Assembly (NCBI GenBank): GCA_036172245.1
Contig: JAYWIR010000035.1
Span: 1,488,001 to 1,552,000, forward strand
Direction of reading: 5' to 3'
DNA length: 64,000 nt
Origin: Raillietiella orientalis
Taxonomy: Eukaryota
Part shown: in pieces, positions 57,800 to 64,000 of the stretch
Numbering within the stretch: the stretch's first letter is position 1
Layout of the letters: each line of letters begins with the position of its first letter
Program-made: the position numbers and the translations under genes
Notes under the pieces: generated by a model
Databases searched by the model: none
Seen by the model: the letters and a program-made list of their open reading frames with translations, nothing else
Told to the model about the DNA's origin: nothing

Positions 57800-57922
57800 G
57801 GTTGGGGGAGGGGATCGAAACCCTCGACGCATACCCCGTTCTCGACATCGACCCTTCCCCGGGTGGGATTCGAACTTGCAATGCCAGGTGCCACGAGAGG
57901 AGGCCGTCCACAGCCGCCAACG
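57800..57922 (-). other. tRNA-derived SINE-like head or tRNA pseudogene (Pol III A and B boxes)
   Basis: Minus strand has A-box-like TGGCGGCTGTGG (57919-57908), B box GTTCGAATCC (57875-57866) and a second T-arm-like gaggg-tttcgatc-ccctc (57825-57808). No intact cloverleaf. Confidence 0.45.
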
Positions 57923-58089
57923 TGAGGGAAGAACGGAGAGCATGGAACCAGCTGACACCGGCATCCAGGGAGCCACGCGTTTCCGAATTCTTCCCGTAAT
58001 GGAGGCCGTGAGCAGAGGTCCTCTTGTCCAGGAAGTGCCTTCCAGGGAACAGACGTGGCCGCAGCGCCCTCCCGAAACTTTCCTCCCTG

Positions 58090-58133
58090 TTCAGGATTGG
58101 AAGGAGGGCCCGTGCCCTCCTTCCAATCCTGAA
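58090..58133. repeat. Perfect inverted repeat, 20-bp stem with 4-nt loop
   Basis: ttcaggattggaaggagggc-ccgt-gccctccttccaatcctgaa. Confidence 0.97.
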
Positions 58134-58899
58134 TATGGTCCCGAATATGGGAAACGCACCTACAAGAAGCACCTTGGTAAAAGAGGATGAGCGGAAGCAG
58201 AAGGGGGCCCGCCAATGCAGGAACCGGAAACGCTCCTCTCATGCGCGCGCTTCCAGCCAGCTTCTCTTGTGTTCGAGGTGATGAGGAAACGAGGACGACG
58301 CGAGAGTGGTGAGAGAAGGACGACAAGGGAGCATCCTGGTGAGCAGAGGTGAATCAAACGGGTCGCCGAGCACAAACGCAAGATGGGGGAATGGGTGGAT
58401 TTCCGGAGTCCCAGAACTAGGCACAAGCCGCCTCAAAGGGGAACCAAGATCCCCGTCGTTTGTCCGAGTCCTTCTGCCACGGACACGGGGTCGTTACCGA
58501 GTACTAAACGAGGAAGCAGACTTTTTCTCATTTCCGGTTGACTCTCTCAGAGGATCGCTCGGGCGCGCTTCGCTCCTACTTACCCATGAAGGTCTCTTCG
58601 TATTCTGAAGAGCGTTTCCGCACTTCGAGACACTCCGTGTAGTCGCCTTTGGGAGTTCCAGGTGCAGATTCTGGAAGGGCTTCTGCTGTTGCGCCGTCAG
58701 TCACTGTCGCTGAGGACTGGGTCAGTCTATTTTTCTTTCCCTTCCTGCAGACATCTTCTCATCGAGCTCATTGCCGGCGTTGAACCCTCTTCTCTTAGGG
58801 CACTCTCCACCCTCGAAAGGCTCGACTATACGAGAGGTTAGGTCAATGTCTTCTTTTCTTTTTTTTTAACTATAACGATTAATTTTCGATGTTTTTTTT

Positions 58900-61800
58900 T
58901 GTTGTTGCAGATAGGATATTACCACTGTAGCCATCATCAGCGTCTTGGCTAGGGCTTTTCGTTGTTTTTAGTTTCCCCTTGTATTCCTTCCCAACATCAT
59001 TCCCATATTCACATTAAAGACTTGGCCCCCGTGAAAACTGCAAGGCGTCGAGTTTAGGAGAGCGAACATGGCACCCCTGAATCTCCAATTTGTGGTTTTG
59101 AGAATTGCCAATGGAAAATTTCCTCGGATGTTTTCTCTCTCAGTCCTTCTGCCTCGCCCTTGAAGAAATAAAGCCATAAACCGATTCCAGTATCTGGAAG
59201 CGTCCATGGAGACGAAGAGGAGAAGAATCCCATGACTTAATGGGGGTAATGACAGGCATGGAAACAACAGATGAAAAAGGAACTCTTTGGTGTTGGAAAA
59301 GAAAACTATCACGCCTCGCTCGAAAGGAAACTGGGGGAGGGGCGACTTTCCAGGACGCCTGCTTCTGAATTGCTGGCGCAGCAGATGCTGAACGCAGAGT
59401 GATGCTGCGGGTCTTTCGTAAGGAGGGAGTGTGATCCTGTCGGCGATAATATGCCTTCTGCACCATTTCCAGCTCCTGGAAACTTATCCAGAAGTTGTTT
59501 TAGCCACTCAGGCTACCTAAGAGGAAAGGCTTCCGGTAAAAGGGAAACCTTCTTTCAGCTACAAAACGAGGGCTGCTCTACCCCTTCCACTCACACAAAG
59601 GGGGAAACTCCGATGGGCAGCAAGCTGCTCACGACGAACCCTTGAAACGTCTCTACTTCTATTCGAAATGGATGAGACAGTTCTTCTATTCAAGAGGTCC
59701 TCCACTGTGGATTGGTCGGCATGGTTTTCTAATTATACTGATAGAAGTCTTTCAACAGCCCTTTTTTACGTAACCGTTTCCCTGTTTGTACTGCGATGAA
59801 CAAGAGGAACAGCAATTTCAAGAAGTTTAGAAGTAAAAGGGGGGGGGGGGGAGGGGAGAACAGAAGACCATCGATCCCGACGATGGTCAAATAGAGCAGC
59901 ACCCTCCAGCACTTTCGCTTTCTCCCTGCACAAAAGAAAGAGCACGTTCTCGTGTTTCTTATCTTGTGCGCTCCCGCTGTCCACTTACGTTCCTTACTGG
60001 AGGGCAGCGGTTCCTGGTAGACTTTTAGTAATGTGGAAATCACTGCATCTACTTTCTGGGTTCCAGTCAAAAACGAGTGACCTTTCGTAATCCACCAGCT
60101 GCCTCCTCCGATATTTGCTCGGGTCGTGTCGTAGTCCTCAGTAGCCAGTGCTTTTCGGAGTTTTTTCTTTCTTTCTATCGTGCTGTTCTTTTTCTCTTTA
60201 CGTGAAAAAATTCCGGATCTTCCGCTTCTCCGTCCCTCACTACTTTTTTTTTTTTTCTTCTTTATTGTCGTTGTTGAATCACGGAGTCACTCGCAGCGTA
60301 TTCCCTCCTCCTCCTTCCAAATCGCTGTTTCGCACCCACTTCAAATATCCCGACGTCCCCCACAGAACCCCACCGATGTACCCCACAGCTTAATCAGTTT
60401 CATCTTGGTATGCGTCAGCTGCCTGTATCATTTCCCTTGCTAAGCAGATGCCATTCGGGACAACCATTTTTCTGATTAGTGACTTGGGGCATCCCACGCT
60501 TGGCCACTCTCATATCAACGGACGATTTTTCCAGCAGATGGGAGTTTTCCATCTTCCTCTTAAGTTCTCTCCATCTCTTCGATTTATTGCCGCTCCTTGC
60601 CAGACCGAGTTCCCGTCCGCATCCCGCAAGGAACGTAAATTTGCCTATCCGCACTCCTCTTCCGCGACTCCTCCTCCGAGCTCGGGAAGGAGAAATCCAC
60701 TCCTTCCGCTCCAGTGTTTCGGAAGAACTTTCCAGATTTATGCTTCCCTCTCTGTCGTCAGCGAAATGCCCGCCACGCTCCTGCCGATTTCCATCGACCC
60801 AACAGGCTCCCCCCCGGATTCCTATTCGAAGCGCGTCTTGCTGGACTTCGGTCCTGCTGGTGTTGAGAGAGCCAAAGATTGGGGGGGGGGGGCATCCGCT
60901 TCTCCCGCGCCTCAGTCAAATCTTTCCGCAGGCCGTGACCCCCAGATTTCCCACAGAGGTTTACGTTTCCGAGCTTTCCTGTTTTTTTTTTCCCGACCAA
61001 TCCCAGACAGGTCTTTTTGCCTGTTCGCGAGCGACCTTTATTTGCCGCTCGTGATCACCTTCGTCCCGTCCCAGGAAGAAGAAGCCAGGAGGAACCCGTG
61101 CAAGGAACCTCTTCCAGACTCCGAAAGTTCATTTCGGCTTCATCTTGACGTCCGCTCGCCATAAACCGGCAACTGGCGCTTCCGTACACTTTTTTCCCCA
61201 CCTGTCTGCGTCGCTATCGAATCGACTGGCACTCCCAGACAGCGACATTCGGAGGAACGCGAGAATCTTTCCGGTTGCCCTCGCCGAAACCTGGGATGGG
61301 CCGGCCTCCAGCAAGCCTCACGTTTTCACGGGACAGATCCTTCCCCGCGTTCGAATCTCACCCGGGGGGAAATGATCGACGCCGAGAAATGGGGGCGTCG
61401 TGGGTTTTTAGTTCCCTCCCCCCTTCCCCCTCAAGATGACTCTGGTTGGCCTATTCGGGTGCGGCCCTACGGAAGAAGCCGGAAACCGGATGACCCCGCT
61501 GACTGGCCTGGATTTGGAAGTTGATCCTCTGGGGTCCTTCCAGGACTTCAAGGAGCACCGGTTCCCTTCGGGGTTCTTCAGAAGAGTAACAAGGAGCGGT
61601 TACTTTGCTGGTTCCCCTATGGTGAAGAAATTCCAGAAGAGGATCCTTTCCGGGTTCCCTTCAGAGAAGAAACGAAGAGCGGTCCTCTCCGGGAGTCCCT
61701 CCAGGAGAGAACAAGGAAGAGGTTCTTCCCTTTTGGGATCCGATTGGAAACACTTAGGGCGAGGGCTCCTTTTGGGGTTCCCTCCCAAGAGTGAGAGGAA

Positions 61801-61900
61801 TGGGTTCCTTCCTCCGGGTACCTCCTGGATTCATAGGGTCGACTCTCCCAGGGAGTACTCCTTAACTTGAAGAGTTAGCACTCACCCTCGGGTGGCGTGG
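58900..61900 (-). mobile_element. Degenerate L1/Tx1-like ORF2 (EN to RT) remnant
   Basis: Ordered decayed motifs on the minus strand: 'VYG' (~61185), 'AWRAFR' (~60770), 'VGIDGL' (~59870, cf. PGxDGL), 'LKDFY' (~59745, cf. KAFD) and 'FQILE' (~59190, cf. KILG). Confidence 0.45.
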
Positions 61901-61910
61901 ACAGCGTTGA

Positions 61911-62408
61911 CCCTTTGGGAGCAGAGCTCATCAGATTGAAACGATCCGTGTTGATGGCACGCGAATGGCAGTTGCGATCTCTTGGACGAAATGCTTTTTC
62001 GCGTACCGCGTGCTTAATCGAGGTACCGACTGACTATACCAAGTGCTGATTAAAGTTACTATTGTAATTGTTTAATTACACCACATTGAAAAAAATATTT
62101 TCATTTTTCCCAAACATATGTTATTTATTTAAAAACTATGATTATAATTCGAATAAACCAATAATTCAATCAAATTTTCAAGATATCACAAAAATGAAAA
62201 ACAATATAGTAAATTCTGAACGACACTGAGAAAAAAACGAGAATAGTCAGCCGATATAAATAGAATTTTGTTTACTGCCGTTGCTAAGGGAATTTTAAGA
62301 ACGTGATTGCATGCGTCCATCTCAAACATGGATGGTTTTAACTTATGTCTCTTGTAGAAGGTGAAAACATTCCTCAGACGCATAGATGCATCCACAGCAC
62401 TCAAAGGG
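61911..62408. mobile_element. Probable piggyBac-type non-autonomous element (MITE), ~500 bp
   Basis: Left end TTGA|CCCTTTGGGAGCAGAG; right end, as reverse complement, TTAA|CCCTTTGAGTGCTGTG (12/16 match). The interior is AT-rich within GC-rich flanks. CCC..GGG ends with a TTAA target are piggyBac hallmarks. Confidence 0.55.
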
Positions 62409-62412
62409 TTAA

Positions 62413-64000
62413 AGAGCTTTGTTAGCCTGAACTCCCCCCTCCCCCCCCCTGCTAAGAAGACGAGCGGTTCTTCAGCACTTGGCGAACCAAAAAAAAAAAA
62501 AAAAAACGAAAAATCGAAAAGAAAAAACAAAACGAGAAAAAAAGCCGGATGCGAAGCAGCGAAAACAGAAGAACCCCAAAGGATGTCCATCAGCCGCACC
62601 TGACGCTTCTTCCCACGCGAAACGGCTCCCTAGAGTTTCGACCCCCCAGCAGTCGGTGTGGTTCCACAGAGCGGCGGTGTTCTTGCTCTCCATGAGCAGG
62701 AAAAAGAAAAAAAAAGAAGGAAGCACGCAACCTCTCTGAATCTTCTTCGGCCGTATTCCCGCGCCTGCCTTGGCGTCCAAGGTTTTTCCCATTCAGGAAG
62801 GATCCAAGTGGTCTCCCTTTCGAGGGAATCGCGTGCAAGAGAGCTCTCTGAAGTTGTTCGGGAGCAGCAGCTCCCCAGCGTGCAGGTCTGCGAACACGGG
62901 TGGTTGCTTCGCCGATCCCCACCACCAAGGAGGTTCTGTTCTCCTTGACGGCAGCAGTTCCTCAACAGGAACGGAACACTCTGACAGGATATGTTCAATT
63001 TCACATCCCTGCCGCGGCCGTCGGGATGGAGAAGAAAGGAGGGCTTCTGCATCCAAGCGAACCCACATAGGGAGGAACCATAGGTACTCTTCAGCAGAGC
63101 GCGTGCTGCAGCAGCAGTCCCTCCTGTCTGAGGTCCCGCCCCACCAAATGCTCTCCTCAGGTAGGAGGTGATCAGGTGACCACGCCAAATAGTGAGCCAG
63201 GTCAACGGTGCGAGCCCTGCCGAGATGGTCCCGGCTCCTCTGAAGTGAGAGTGGGAAGACTTTCGAAATCAGGGAGGTGTGTCCGGTGCCTCCGGCACCC
63301 AGATGATGAACGAGAGGAACCGCCCTGCAGGCTGTGTAGAGTGGGAGGAACTTAATACAGGACACCACGACCATCATCTGACGATCAGGAGTGAACCTGG
63401 ACTGGCCGAGAGAACATCGTCCTTGAAACACAAAATCCTGGTGTTCGGTGCAGGCCCGTGGGCACCCACGGATGTTTCACCACGAATTATCCAAAAAAGG
63501 TACAGATGGTCTTATTTTTGCAAGAATGCTGACCACCGCTCACTTCCACTCCCAATAGAATGAGGACCGGGTAGCTTCTGATGAGATCACGGTTGTTACG
63601 GAAACGAAAGAAGTCTCTATCCCCTCCCATACGTAAGACCCGAGCGTCCTCAAGGAGGCTGGAAACGTTTGAAAGAGGAAGAAGGAGAGGATTCTATTGG
63701 CCACTGTTGATCCGTGGTCCTACGGCTGCATGCTCACCGTACAGACGAAAGATGCCTGGAAGAAAGAGAAGGCACGAATTCCGAGTTACGGATTCTGCGG
63801 TGTGCCTGCTTCAAGAGAAGGAATAGCATCCTCCTATATCCTACTCACAGAGCATTCCTTCTGGGATGAGTGTGTGTGCATGCGGGAAAGGGAGAAGTCG
63901 GGTCGCTGTGTGGCAACGGAGACTTCTTACAGTTGGCCGCAGCTCCTCTCCTTCTCGGCTGCTTGATAACTGAAGGGGGCCCCGCCTCCAAGCACCGCGA
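62413..64000 (-). mobile_element. L1/Tx1-like ORF2 C-terminal region and 3' UTR, degenerate, continuing past the window end
   Basis: ORF 62793-63431 has 'WFLPMWVRL..GCEIEHILSEC', a CCHC finger remnant. A T-rich UTR lies at ~62490-62545 on the minus strand. Confidence 0.6.

Overview
This is eukaryotic DNA, most likely from an invertebrate animal with short introns (mostly ~40-90 nt). The taxon cannot be fixed from sequence alone. Three intact, intron-containing housekeeping genes lie in an AT-rich central block: UTP25/DEF (minus, ~18.5-22.7 kb), a GCK-I/MAP4K3/5-like Ste20 kinase with a CNH domain (plus, 32.7-38.4 kb) and MCM5 (minus, 38.5-41.3 kb), the last two tail-to-tail. Most of the rest is decayed transposable-element sequence: many frameshifted, GC-rich L1/Tx1-like non-LTR retrotransposon pieces in both orientations, older AT-rich LTR-type remnants (copia-, BEL/Pao- and gypsy-like, low confidence), a probable piggyBac-type MITE and a tRNA-derived SINE-like head. 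The most notable observations are an intronless 443-aa orphan ORF with a 155-aa internal repeat and an amphipathic-helix/CC tail, a recurring AATAAA plus stem-loop 3' terminus on the LINE copies, LINE inversions with twin-priming geometry, a cluster of perfect hairpins and a GC-AG intron in UTP25. I found no CRISPR array, rRNA or intact tRNA, and I cannot claim a clearly novel multi-gene system. Exon and TE boundaries were read by eye and TE limits are approximate.
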